Virus record (IMG/VR): IMGVR_UViG_3300037808_002146
Direction: 5' to 3' (one strand)
Length of the DNA: 64,000 bases
DNA from: a virus
Taxonomy: Duplodnaviria > Caudoviricetes
This document shows, one piece after another, positions 39,029-48,727 of the stretch (position 1 is its first letter; each line of letters starts with the position of its first letter). Under the pieces are notes generated by a model. The model had not been told where the DNA came from. It did no database searches and saw only the letters and a program-made list of their open reading frames with translations. The translations under genes and the position numbers were made by a program.

Positions 39029-42000
39029 ATCTTAAACCGCTAAAAACTATTGAATCTGTCCCCGGGTGGGGGGAAGAATAATCATATCCAGCTTTTCTTC
39101 TAAAGTTTTCGCCACCCAAACTCTCGTTGCCGGCAACTCTCGTAGCTACAATATTGCTATTCATCTCTTGTAAAGTCAACACTAGAATATCCATCTCATT
39201 CGTTTCCGGATTGTTACCATTTAAGGGATTAGTTCTAAAAATCACTTCTTCTGTATCAATGTAAGGCTGAATCCTAGAATCATTTTTAAAAATAACACCG
39301 GGAACCCTAGAGTAAAAAACGTTATCTCGCTCTGCTGTTTCGGCTGGGTCAGCAAAGTTTACGCCTAACTCTTGGTATCCTTTCATATAGTCGGAAATGC
39401 CCGGGCAGTTATCGAAAAAAGCAACGTTTTTAGATTTTTCAAATGTTATTTTGTTGCTTATTTCGTAAGATTCTTTTCTAATCGATGAATATGCGTATTC
39501 GCCGCCTAACTCACCGGATAAACCCTTTATAGATTTCTCGGTAATAACACGCCCGAGCATTAAGTCTCTTATCCCTAGCGGCTCTATAACACCATCATGC
39601 TCAAACCCTAAAGAGCTTCCCAGGTTATTTACTTGAATTGGAAATCTTACGCTAGAATCAGACTTTACAAAAAAAACAGGATCCATGTTTAAAGTTCTAT
39701 TGTATCCATCTAAGTGCAGCTTAGGACCATTAAGAGAAAGATCTTCATAGAATCTTAAATCGCTAGTCCTTTGACCAAAACCAAAACTTCTCACTTCTAC
39801 ATCATGGTTAGGTTTGAGATAATATGAATTTTGATCAGCCCCGTCTCTCATTTCTACAGTTATAACTGGGTTGGAAAAATCTTCTAAAGTGTATGCATTT
39901 TGAGCGTTGATATTTGGACCAATTTGATAAAAGTTTCTCTGGTTGTCCAAAGCATTCGTCGGTATATAGGGAGTCCCATTATTAACGGTATTTTGAAGCT
40001 TTACGCAATTTTTTGATATGTAATTGTTAGCATTAATAAAACCTATGATGGTAAAAATAGAAAAACCATTCTTAGTAATTGCGTTATTGCCTATAGTTCC
40101 AGGAACTCTTTGTTTAAGGTGCAAGTATTGTGTTGATGGAGAATTAGGATCCATTGGAAACGCGCTGATTACATGATTATCAAGACCTGAATTGTGTCCA
40201 TTCACGGTGTTCATAGCATTGGCTAGCTCGTTTAAAACGTCTCTTTTCGAAAAGTTAGATCTTATATTGACGGCAATTGTTCCTATTGCAGCGTTTGATG
40301 AAGGGACAACTAGACCGGGAGCATACTTCGAACCTTCTATTAGTTTTTCTCCCGTAGGTACTGCTTTACTGCCACCGCGGCCTCCATGAACAATAGTATA
40401 GGTTTTTTGATTACCAGAAGATGACTTTATTGTAATCCTATCCGTTAGCGGGGTGGTGCCATGAGGATCACTCCCACTGGTTACTGCAATGCGCGCATAT
40501 GCATTTTTTGTCGAAGGTGTTAAATCAATATCGTCATTATCCTTGGCCAATAATATAGCATCGAAAAATCGATCTTTAAAATCTTGTAAAGAGGTAACTC
40601 CCCTGATGCCTATTTGATATTGTACGGAATTAGCACCATCTTGCGTAATTCTATAACTTCCATATTCTGCCCTGTTTGGGATTAATTGTATTAGTTTTTT
40701 GCTATTTGTCTCTCTATCATATATTCTAAATACCCTATTTTCTTGCATAAATGAGCGATAATCATTAGAGAAAGTTATATACAATTGGCTTTTATCGGTT
40801 GCGACCTTGGTTTCTGAAAATGCTTTAAAATAAGTGAGCCGAGTTTTATTTTCAGTTACTTTTATGGAATACTCTTCGTTATCAGCCGAAATTGTCTCAA
40901 GCTCAAGTTTGAGGTGGAAATTTTTATTTAGCCGCTCAAGGCTTGTTCGTAATCTTTCGATAAAAAGCTTTTTTCTAAAGGAGACTATTTTTGATGAATC
41001 GTTCCCGTACTCTCCAGAGAATGACTTTATAAGAACTTCTATTTCACTATTATTTTTTCGAATTATTCTAACGGGGTCTGTATTATCGTCTCCATTAATT
41101 ATATAAAAGTCAATCTCAGCATTAGATTTAGAATCCAAGAGGGGATTTTTTGAGATACGCGTGTTTAAAATGTCGTACCTAATATGAAAAAACCTGATTT
41201 TGAGATTGGAACTGGGTCGATAGAACGATAAATCTGGAAAAGCTAATAATAAAGTAGCGCTCCTAGAGCTAGCGTCTGCTTTTTTCCCTTCGGTCAAAAG
41301 ATCATGGAACATAAAGTCATTTACAGCTTTAGTAGTTAATTTCCAATTTTCTAGTCCAAAGATCGTAGTTTCAGGAGACGAATTATTTAATCCTTCTTGC
41401 TTTATTTTTTTGCCAATACCGGATTCAACTGATAAACTTCCAACTTCTTGAGTTAGCAAAAGAGTATCATCTTGAATAATTCTAGAAGTAACGCCAGATG
41501 TTGAGGCATTATAATTTATGATATTATTTAAATCAAAAGTTATTTTTTTGATTTTTTGAATACTGGAATTTATAACATCGTCATATGGAACTGCGTTTGG
41601 TTCACCAACATAGTATCCCGGAGCGTCCATCAACCCAAGAGCGAAGGCATTATTATCTCGAGGGTGACGTAAATCCCCGGTGTTTAAAGTCCTCAATAGA
41701 CCATTTTTCCCAGTTGAAAAACTTGGTAAAGTTATAAAACTGCTAGATATCAAAGTACCCGAGTTTGCTAAGTTTCCAATTTCGCCTGATTTATTTTGAG
41801 TAATAGCAATTACATTAGTATTAAGAGAAGCCGATATATCTAAATCCTTGTCTGAAGATACTTGGCTTAAAGCTAAGTGAATCTTAGACGCAACTCCATT
41901 TCTCACCGTTGTATCGCTAGTATTATCGATCCCAGCTAAGCTTACATCCCAGCTAGTACTTGAATTTCTAGTGGTTCTAGAAATGTCAAACTTAAGAGTA

Positions 42001-44681
42001 ACAGTTAAGAAATTTCCTTTTGAATCAGCTAAGACGAAATTTTTATTATGTAACGCTCCACTCGCTCCGGCATCATATATAGTTTTAGAAACATTATTAG
42101 TAATGGTAAGATTTGTTTTCGCTTTATAGCTACTAACAACCCTTATTTTTAAATCGCTTCCAGAACCTTTAAAAGACTCTATGTGCAAGTTATATAAACC
42201 ATCACCAGGATCTTTTGGTATATCTTTAATTCTCAAAACCAAAGAGGGTTTCTTGTCAGATTTATCGTTGAGAACAACTTTCGGATTAGCTAATGGTTGA
42301 AATCTTGCTCGAGTTTGATTTCTTAGTTGCTCGATAGTTCTTAAGTTGATGCCTTGTTCAAAACCTATAAGCTTAACTTCTGATGAATCTCTTATTGAAG
42401 CCATTTAAAATCTCCTTATTACGCCTGATCTTTGAGATACCAGTATTTTAGAGCGTAATTTCGAACGCTCATCTTCTCCCTTATATATCTCTTGATGTCC
42501 ATATGCTACCTTATATCTCTCTAACGCGTGCGATTCTATTATTAAATTGATACCTAAGAAATTGTTATTCCTAGGGACTAGTCGTTCTATCATATCAGAA
42601 AAAGCGTCATCTAACCATCTAAATAAATCGAAAAAATTTCTATAATTGACTTTCTCAGTTAGCCTATTAAAATATAAATTCCTCATATTTCTTAAATCCG
42701 GATATTCCTGCGCGAACACTAACTCTGGTTTTCCTAGTGCATCGTCCAAAGCATCGATAGCCGAGAATATATTCATTATATCTTCGTCTAGTCCTCTTTG
42801 CAAGTGTATTTGAACTTCGAACCTATTATCATTTGCTTTCTTTTCAAAAGGTAAAACTTCTGTTACGGGTGCTATTTTTGAATTGTAGAGTTTAATATTT
42901 GATCCGTCAGAAAAGCCAGCTATTTTAATTTTATCGCTGTCTAAATACTCATCAAAAAACGGTGATATTATCGTATAGTCAAAACGTTCATTGTGAACAA
43001 TTTTATTGTTCACTTCAAACCCAAACCCAAGAGCACCAGACAAACTAGTATAAGTTCCATTAGATATTTTTTCTTGATTATCCAGGGTGAAAGTTTGACT
43101 AAAATCTAAAAAGTTTAATTTCCCAAAAGGGTTTGATTTCATCTCTGGCTGATCGGTGGATATATTTAACCTTAGTTTTTGAAAAGAACCAGACATGCTA
43201 GTACTAAATGTATTGCTAACTAACGGGTTATCAACACCTACCGACTTGAAGTTACGAGCGTGTTCTATAGATTCTGTTACTGTTAAATACTTCGACCAAA
43301 ACCTAATATGACCAACTTTACCATCAAAGTATGATGTTCTTGCATGATTTATAACAGCTGAATCATTTATAAACATGCTATTTCCAGCTGGATCTACCAT
43401 TGATTGAGAGCCTATTAGAATTTGAGGTGGATTATAGTTTTCCGACTCGTGCTTCAAATTTTGAAACATATTATCGTTAGCTAACCCTTCATCAAAAAAT
43501 GATCCAGTAACAATAAATGTAGATAACTTATCAAAATCTAAAGAAGCGGCTCTGATAAAATAAGAAGAACTAACCGGTTGGTTCATATCATCATTTCTTC
43601 TTCGGCCATAAGTTATATGCCATTTTTTGCCATCCAAACAGTTTGCGCCAGTTAAAATTGTTTTTAAAACCGGAGCTGTATTGGTTTGGCTATTCCTAAC
43701 ATAAAGTGTTAACTCATTGCCAAATGGTGACAATACTAAGTTAGATAATACTGCATGTTTATCTTTAAAATTTTGGCCTGGAGTGACTCCTTGGGTTACT
43801 ATCCTGGACAAGCTTCTTCTACTCTCATTAGATAAATTACTAGGAAACTGATAAATACCTTCTACTGTCCAAGAACCTGAAGTAAATAGTCCATCGTTTG
43901 GAGAAGCGGATATACCGGCGTATGAGTATCCCGGGGTGTTTGCTCTAACCATGCCTTTACCACTCGAAAAGCCAGAAAGAGTTAAGTTAGAATCAGATGG
44001 TGCCATGGAGATTGTATGATTACCTAGGTTACGTCTGTTGAATCCTTTAGTCGTTATCTTTATTGTGTCTAAATTTGTACCAGCTGCGCTATTTTTAGTT
44101 TCTACATTAAATGAGTTTGGAAAAGCAGTAGTAATCGCAGTGCTAATATCTGTTACTAGCTGCATTGTTGTTTTGTTAGAACCACCAGCCTGCCTATTTA
44201 TTACAATAGAGCCTCCAGAGAAATTAGTCGGAGTCAAATTAGAAATATTGTTAGTGATACTCTTGTTACCAATATTGCCGGCTGTTGTTTGAGTAATCGT
44301 TATAGACTGATTTCCGTCAGCAGCAGACGGAGCAGCTGATACTGTTATTTTTCCATCGTGACCATTTGCGTGTTCAATAGCTGCCTTTAATAAACCAAGA
44401 AACTCAGCTTGATCAATTCCAGCTGCTAGAGCTGCTCCTAAATTGAAGCCAACCGCAATTGCCTTATGAGCTCCTGGAGTAAGGGTTGCTCTAATATTTC
44501 CAGTTGTTTTTAACAAAGCATTATTAGCTATAATACCTAAGTGCGCTACCCCTCCATCGTTAGTATCTGAAACGAAATAGTCGGCTATAGTTCCTGCTGC
44601 TGATTGGATTGTTATTTTCTGGCCGGCTGTCATACCATGGATCGCGTCGCCATCGGTAACAGTTAGGGTTGAAGTGGCTTT
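38279..44681 (-). repeat. Closely related copies of a ~155-aa module in two different genes (38279-38743 and 44211-44681)
   Basis: 21-aa identical core GIDQAEFLGLLKAAIEHANGH; 24 identical nt at 38450-38473 and 44391-44414. Confidence 0.95.
39021..42404 (-). CDS. 1127-aa putative baseplate-region structural protein containing plug-in modules
   Basis: SD AAGGAG; overlaps the giant ORF by 8 nt. Module-like segments at ~41715-42120, ~40515-40740 and ~40040-40500. Confidence 0.7.
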   Translation of the reverse strand: MASIRDSSEVKLIGFEQGINLRTIEQLRNQTRARFQPLANPKVVLNDKSDKKPSLVLRIKDIPKDPGDGLYNLHIESFKGSGSDLKIRVVSSYKAKTNLTITNNVSKTIYDAGASGALHNKNFVLADSKGNFLTVTLKFDISRTTRNSSTSWDVSLAGIDNTSDTTVRNGVASKIHLALSQVSSDKDLDISASLNTNVIAITQNKSGEIGNLANSGTLISSSFITLPSFSTGKNGLLRTLNTGDLRHPRDNNAFALGLMDAPGYYVGEPNAVPYDDVINSSIQKIKKITFDLNNIINYNASTSGVTSRIIQDDTLLLTQEVGSLSVESGIGKKIKQEGLNNSSPETTIFGLENWKLTTKAVNDFMFHDLLTEGKKADASSRSATLLLAFPDLSFYRPSSNLKIRFFHIRYDILNTRISKNPLLDSKSNAEIDFYIINGDDNTDPVRIIRKNNSEIEVLIKSFSGEYGNDSSKIVSFRKKLFIERLRTSLERLNKNFHLKLELETISADNEEYSIKVTENKTRLTYFKAFSETKVATDKSQLYITFSNDYRSFMQENRVFRIYDRETNSKKLIQLIPNRAEYGSYRITQDGANSVQYQIGIRGVTSLQDFKDRFFDAILLAKDNDDIDLTPSTKNAYARIAVTSGSDPHGTTPLTDRITIKSSSGNQKTYTIVHGGRGGSKAVPTGEKLIEGSKYAPGLVVPSSNAAIGTIAVNIRSNFSKRDVLNELANAMNTVNGHNSGLDNHVISAFPMDPNSPSTQYLHLKQRVPGTIGNNAITKNGFSIFTIIGFINANNYISKNCVKLQNTVNNGTPYIPTNALDNQRNFYQIGPNINAQNAYTLEDFSNPVITVEMRDGADQNSYYLKPNHDVEVRSFGFGQRTSDLRFYEDLSLNGPKLHLDGYNRTLNMDPVFFVKSDSSVRFPIQVNNLGSSLGFEHDGVIEPLGIRDLMLGRVITEKSIKGLSGELGGEYAYSSIRKESYEISNKITFEKSKNVAFFDNCPGISDYMKGYQELGVNFADPAETAERDNVFYSRVPGVIFKNDSRIQPYIDTEEVIFRTNPLNGNNPETNEMDILVLTLQEMNSNIVATRVAGNESLGGENFRRKAGYDYSSPHPGTDSIVFSGLRYV

Positions 44682-46829
44682 ATCACTGGCGCTTGAGTTA
44701 GCAAACTTAAAAATTTCTGTATTGTTGTAAGCGTCTTGAATTGTTACTTTAGTGTTTATAGATGGCAAAGCAGTTTGATTTGTAGAATGGAGCTTTATGG
44801 TTCCTGTTGCTAAAATTCCGCTGTTTACGCCACCCGAAATCTCTGGATATCCTGGCTCAATCCTGCTACCGGATAGCGGAGCAGAAAGTAATGTAGGCCT
44901 ACCGATTATAGTCCCGTCTGGTCGAGGTGTTTCCTTTATCGTACTCAAACTTCCAGAAAAATTTAAAAGAGTTGACATTTCTGTTATTTTTTGTCTAGAA
45001 GTACCTAACCTAAATTCATCCACCCCATTATATTCTACTAACCTGAATAGTCTATCTGGTTCTATGCCGGCGGATCGAAATATAGATTCAATAGCATATT
45101 TAGTTCCTTTAGATTTGAATATATGACTTATATTTTTTAATACTCTTCTCCATATTAAATTTTGTACTTCTGACAGGCTTTTTTCATATATGCTATATTC
45201 TAACCCTAGATTTTCTTTACCTAAAAATTGTTCTAACGCAACATCACCAAACACTTTTGGCAATTCAAACCCATAGTATTTCGCTAAGTCTGGTAAAAAT
45301 GCGTCAGCTACGCCTTCAACTCCTAGATAGTCGGGATTCAAAAACTGAGATACTTGATCAATGTACATTTTATACTGGTCTAACTCTTCAGCCATATAAT
45401 AAAGGAACATTGAAATCAATTGAGCATGGCCGAGTCTTCCCGATTTTGGCAAATTAGAATAAGAACTATAAGATTCTACGATATCTCCGTCTACAGTAGA
45501 GCCTTCTAAATAAGCTCCTTCTTGCAGATAATGGTTTGGTACCAGCTTGGTAATCAAATTCGGATTATTCACATCATATAAAGTTGCTTTTTGTAAAAGT
45601 TTTGAGTTGAGGCTTATTACTTCTGGGGAGCTTGGAAAAAGTACAGGGTTATAATGAGAGTCTTCCAAAAACATTGGATTATCGACTTCATGGGGCAGTC
45701 TCATCGCTTCTTTGTAGTTAGATATTTGAGTGTGCAAACTATTGCCACTGTGATCTAAAGCTAGATTGTTGTTTGTATGTGATCCTGTTGGCTCATTAAA
45801 CTTAAAGTAAAGTTTTAAGCTATCATGAGCAAATATATTTCGGCGTGAATAGTAACTAACTTCGTCAAGATCTCTAATACCATGAAATAACCTGAATTCG
45901 TCTAGAGAGCCGCTGAATGTTGATGATTTATTGAATACGAGGTTGTTATTTCCAGCATCTAAGTTTTCTCCATCACCAATTTTTAATTTTTGATTTCCTG
46001 TGTTGATAATACCATAATCGAAAAAATCGCTAGTAGATAAAACTGTTGAACCTGAGAGAATTTTTAGTGTTTGTTGTTCTGTCCTATTATCATACTGAAA
46101 AGATAAGTTATGCCACTTTCCTTTTTTTATTGTGTAACTAGCACTAGCGTAATTATAGCTGCCACTCATAAGAGCAAAATTAACTTTGCAGTTTTTTGAC
46201 GATGCTGTTTGATTAAAAAAAACAGCATACCCAGAATTTTCGCCTGCCGTTGAATTTATACTATGAAACAAAAAGCTGTTTCCGTTAGATTCTTCAGGTA
46301 ATCTTAAACAGCACTCTATAGAAAAGGAGTTATTTCGAGGGTTAATATGAGATACGCCTTGTTCACCTTTTAATAGGGTTTGGCTATAATCGCCAGACTT
46401 ATCTTTTACCTCAATGTATTGACTACTAGAAGAATCAAAGGTCAAAAAACCTCTACTCTTTGGGAATTTATTAAACACATGTTTTTCGAGAGAAGATAAA
46501 TTGTCTTCAAATGTTTCGATTTCTTCTAATGTTCCATCAAAGGGATATTCGTTAATAATTTTATTAAAAGCGACATTTATCTTTGCTTCAGCAGATCCAA
46601 AAAAAGTATTATTTTGAAAAAGAGAATTATCAACCGGGAGCTGCTGAGTTGAAATTAATCCATTGCCAGCTTCCTTTCTTTTAAAACTAGATTCGCTAGT
46701 GTTAACGCTGGTTTTTGTTAATTTTTTTTGATTTTGATCTAAGAGTATCCCTGTTGTAGTTCTATACTTTCTGAGCATCTTCCTCGTAAAATACTTTACG
46801 TTATCGAATGTTCTTGTTCTTCTAGCCAT
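42405..46829 (-). CDS. 1474-aa baseplate wedge-like protein (T4 gp7 / P2 gpI-like segment) with two LamG domains
   Basis: FLPDLAKYYGFEL...IWRRVLKNISHIFKSKGTKYAIESIFRSAGI matches the gpI/gp7-type pattern. LamG motifs FSIECCLR...WHNLSFQYD...FSGSLDEFRLF and WTVEGIYQF...WHITYGR...FDGKVGHIRFW. Confidence 0.7.
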   Translation of the reverse strand: MARRTRTFDNVKYFTRKMLRKYRTTTGILLDQNQKKLTKTSVNTSESSFKRKEAGNGLISTQQLPVDNSLFQNNTFFGSAEAKINVAFNKIINEYPFDGTLEEIETFEDNLSSLEKHVFNKFPKSRGFLTFDSSSSQYIEVKDKSGDYSQTLLKGEQGVSHINPRNNSFSIECCLRLPEESNGNSFLFHSINSTAGENSGYAVFFNQTASSKNCKVNFALMSGSYNYASASYTIKKGKWHNLSFQYDNRTEQQTLKILSGSTVLSTSDFFDYGIINTGNQKLKIGDGENLDAGNNNLVFNKSSTFSGSLDEFRLFHGIRDLDEVSYYSRRNIFAHDSLKLYFKFNEPTGSHTNNNLALDHSGNSLHTQISNYKEAMRLPHEVDNPMFLEDSHYNPVLFPSSPEVISLNSKLLQKATLYDVNNPNLITKLVPNHYLQEGAYLEGSTVDGDIVESYSSYSNLPKSGRLGHAQLISMFLYYMAEELDQYKMYIDQVSQFLNPDYLGVEGVADAFLPDLAKYYGFELPKVFGDVALEQFLGKENLGLEYSIYEKSLSEVQNLIWRRVLKNISHIFKSKGTKYAIESIFRSAGIEPDRLFRLVEYNGVDEFRLGTSRQKITEMSTLLNFSGSLSTIKETPRPDGTIIGRPTLLSAPLSGSRIEPGYPEISGGVNSGILATGTIKLHSTNQTALPSINTKVTIQDAYNNTEIFKFANSSASDKATSTLTVTDGDAIHGMTAGQKITIQSAAGTIADYFVSDTNDGGVAHLGIIANNALLKTTGNIRATLTPGAHKAIAVGFNLGAALAAGIDQAEFLGLLKAAIEHANGHDGKITVSAAPSAADGNQSITITQTTAGNIGNKSITNNISNLTPTNFSGGSIVINRQAGGSNKTTMQLVTDISTAITTAFPNSFNVETKNSAAGTNLDTIKITTKGFNRRNLGNHTISMAPSDSNLTLSGFSSGKGMVRANTPGYSYAGISASPNDGLFTSGSWTVEGIYQFPSNLSNESRRSLSRIVTQGVTPGQNFKDKHAVLSNLVLSPFGNELTLYVRNSQTNTAPVLKTILTGANCLDGKKWHITYGRRRNDDMNQPVSSSYFIRAASLDFDKLSTFIVTGSFFDEGLANDNMFQNLKHESENYNPPQILIGSQSMVDPAGNSMFINDSAVINHARTSYFDGKVGHIRFWSKYLTVTESIEHARNFKSVGVDNPLVSNTFSTSMSGSFQKLRLNISTDQPEMKSNPFGKLNFLDFSQTFTLDNQEKISNGTYTSLSGALGFGFEVNNKIVHNERFDYTIISPFFDEYLDSDKIKIAGFSDGSNIKLYNSKIAPVTEVLPFEKKANDNRFEVQIHLQRGLDEDIMNIFSAIDALDDALGKPELVFAQEYPDLRNMRNLYFNRLTEKVNYRNFFDLFRWLDDAFSDMIERLVPRNNNFLGINLIIESHALERYKVAYGHQEIYKGEDERSKLRSKILVSQRSGVIRRF

Positions 46830-48727
46830 TATACTACCTTAAAAACAAAGGATTCGTTAAAATCGGTTATTTCGTCGTTTATAATACTGAAAAATTCTAT
46901 TTTATAAGAAAACCCAGTTAATAACGTCCCAGCTTTAATAGTCGCTGAATATTCGTCATCGTAGAAACTCATTTTCGTCGAAAAAGAAAAATCCCTATCA
47001 ATCAACTCTTTATTAGAAATTAATTCAGATATTCTATAATAGAGATTCCCATAGAAATAATCGGGGTCTTTCCTTAATTTGCTAGGAAGGTATTCTTTTC
47101 CGTTTATTGTAGCAGAGCATATTAGAGTTATATCTTCTTTCTCGGTATATTCTGGTTTTCTATTTTTCATTGCTAAAGAAATAGAAGATATATCAAAGTT
47201 AGAATAAGCATCATTATAAACTCTTGATTTTTTATTTAAAAAAGTAATTTCTCCATCAGAAGTTTGCCACTTTAATTCTACATCAAATCCAGAAGAATCA
47301 GCTTTTAGAGCTTTTTTAACATATGAATTATTTCCCGGGATAGTAAAACTAGCCTGATAAACTCCTGGTAATCTATTTCCGTTAGAAGATTTATCAACTT
47401 GGCTAAAACTAACAGAACTCGTAAAAGAACCAGAAACTATTTTTAAAATGCCGCAATTGTTACCCGTTAGTTGCGCGTTAGAATTATCAAAAAGATTAGA
47501 ATTAGTAAAGCCTTTTTTAACTTTAATGCATGCAGAAGATGCTTTATTAACAAATATCCTCCCGGTATCGTCAGATATAGAATCATCAAATACTATTCTC
47601 AATCTAGGCGTTATCAGTTTATTTTTAACGTGTCTCGAAGCGAATCGCTTTACGAAACGCGATTTGCTATCTGAGCTATACGAACCACTAAAGCCAATCC
47701 TGAAACCTTCACTGGGTATTAGTCCTTTCAAGCTAGCAGATACTGCATTTGTAATATCAAATATTAAATCCTGATTAGGATCATTGAGGTATGTAGAAGA
47801 TCCTAAGTCTACTTTCGTAGTACCGAAGCTAGCGCTTGTTATGATGTCAATATGTTTTGTTGAATGGCCACCTTTAAATTTGATTGTAGTCAATCTAGTT
47901 GCTGCATTTGCTAAAGGCACTGCTGTATTACCCGTTAACCCCGAAATATCCTGTGAAAGATTAACTACAGAACTAGCATCAGGATCTATTGCTGTAATTT
48001 TTAAATCATTATTAGTTTTAGATAATGCAATTGCTTGAAATATTTTTCCAGCAATATGCGATGTCGTCGTGGTTCCGTTTATACCAAAAGTGTAGTTATT
48101 CGAATCAACCTTAGCGGGCGTAGCCGATGCTGGGTTTGCTAGAAAACTTATTGTATTAGTAGTATCGCTCAAAGAGAATCCAACTGTATTATCCCAACCT
48201 CCAACCCCAGTGATTGTGATCGATGCTTGAGCGAAAGTATTATCATTCCCGCCGGCAGCAGCTGCGCCTTCTGACTTCCATGTGATCGGGCTAGATCCTA
48301 AGTAAGATGAAGTTAAATAATTAGCCGATCCTATATCGTCGAAATTACTAACATCAATCCCAAAACCCTCTTCGAAAGTTCTAGTAAGTGGATTGCAAAT
48401 TGCGTCAAAATTAAAAGGCTTTTGTAAACCAGAACTTACATCTTGCAATTCTAAATAAGCTTTGAAGTCGGATTTATTTCGAATATCTAAGATACTAGAA
48501 GTTAAATTTCCAAGCGTCGAATAATCAAATTTAATTAGTAGCGCAGATTTTTCAGATATATTAGATGTTACGTAATTGCCAGATTCAACTACGCCAGATT
48601 CTTCAAAGAGTTTGAAAAGATCTAAAGTAGCGCTGTGGCCTGTATTAGCATTTTTCGATCTATATTTGTTATCAATTATTTTGTCTGTTATATAACAATC
48701 TTTGCTAGCTGAAATTATTAATTGCAT
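46829..48727 (-). CDS. 632-aa structural protein, DNRLRE/CBM96-like N-terminal domain with an inserted module
   Basis: SKDCYI...ALLIKFD...KAYLEL...LIFDIT.AV...GFRI...FASR...PRLRIV pattern; coupled by TAATG overlaps on both sides. Confidence 0.55.
   Translation of the reverse strand: MQLIISASKDCYITDKIIDNKYRSKNANTGHSATLDLFKLFEESGVVESGNYVTSNISEKSALLIKFDYSTLGNLTSSILDIRNKSDFKAYLELQDVSSGLQKPFNFDAICNPLTRTFEEGFGIDVSNFDDIGSANYLTSSYLGSSPITWKSEGAAAAGGNDNTFAQASITITGVGGWDNTVGFSLSDTTNTISFLANPASATPAKVDSNNYTFGINGTTTTSHIAGKIFQAIALSKTNNDLKITAIDPDASSVVNLSQDISGLTGNTAVPLANAATRLTTIKFKGGHSTKHIDIITSASFGTTKVDLGSSTYLNDPNQDLIFDITNAVSASLKGLIPSEGFRIGFSGSYSSDSKSRFVKRFASRHVKNKLITPRLRIVFDDSISDDTGRIFVNKASSACIKVKKGFTNSNLFDNSNAQLTGNNCGILKIVSGSFTSSVSFSQVDKSSNGNRLPGVYQASFTIPGNNSYVKKALKADSSGFDVELKWQTSDGEITFLNKKSRVYNDAYSNFDISSISLAMKNRKPEYTEKEDITLICSATINGKEYLPSKLRKDPDYFYGNLYYRISELISNKELIDRDFSFSTKMSFYDDEYSATIKAGTLLTGFSYKIEFFSIINDEITDFNESFVFKVV

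Noticed and set aside
14240-44681. Diversity-generating retroelement (TR/VR) explanation for the repeated segments
   Set aside because: No reverse transcriptase in the window, all copies are coding, and mismatches are mainly synonymous third positions rather than adenine-specific.
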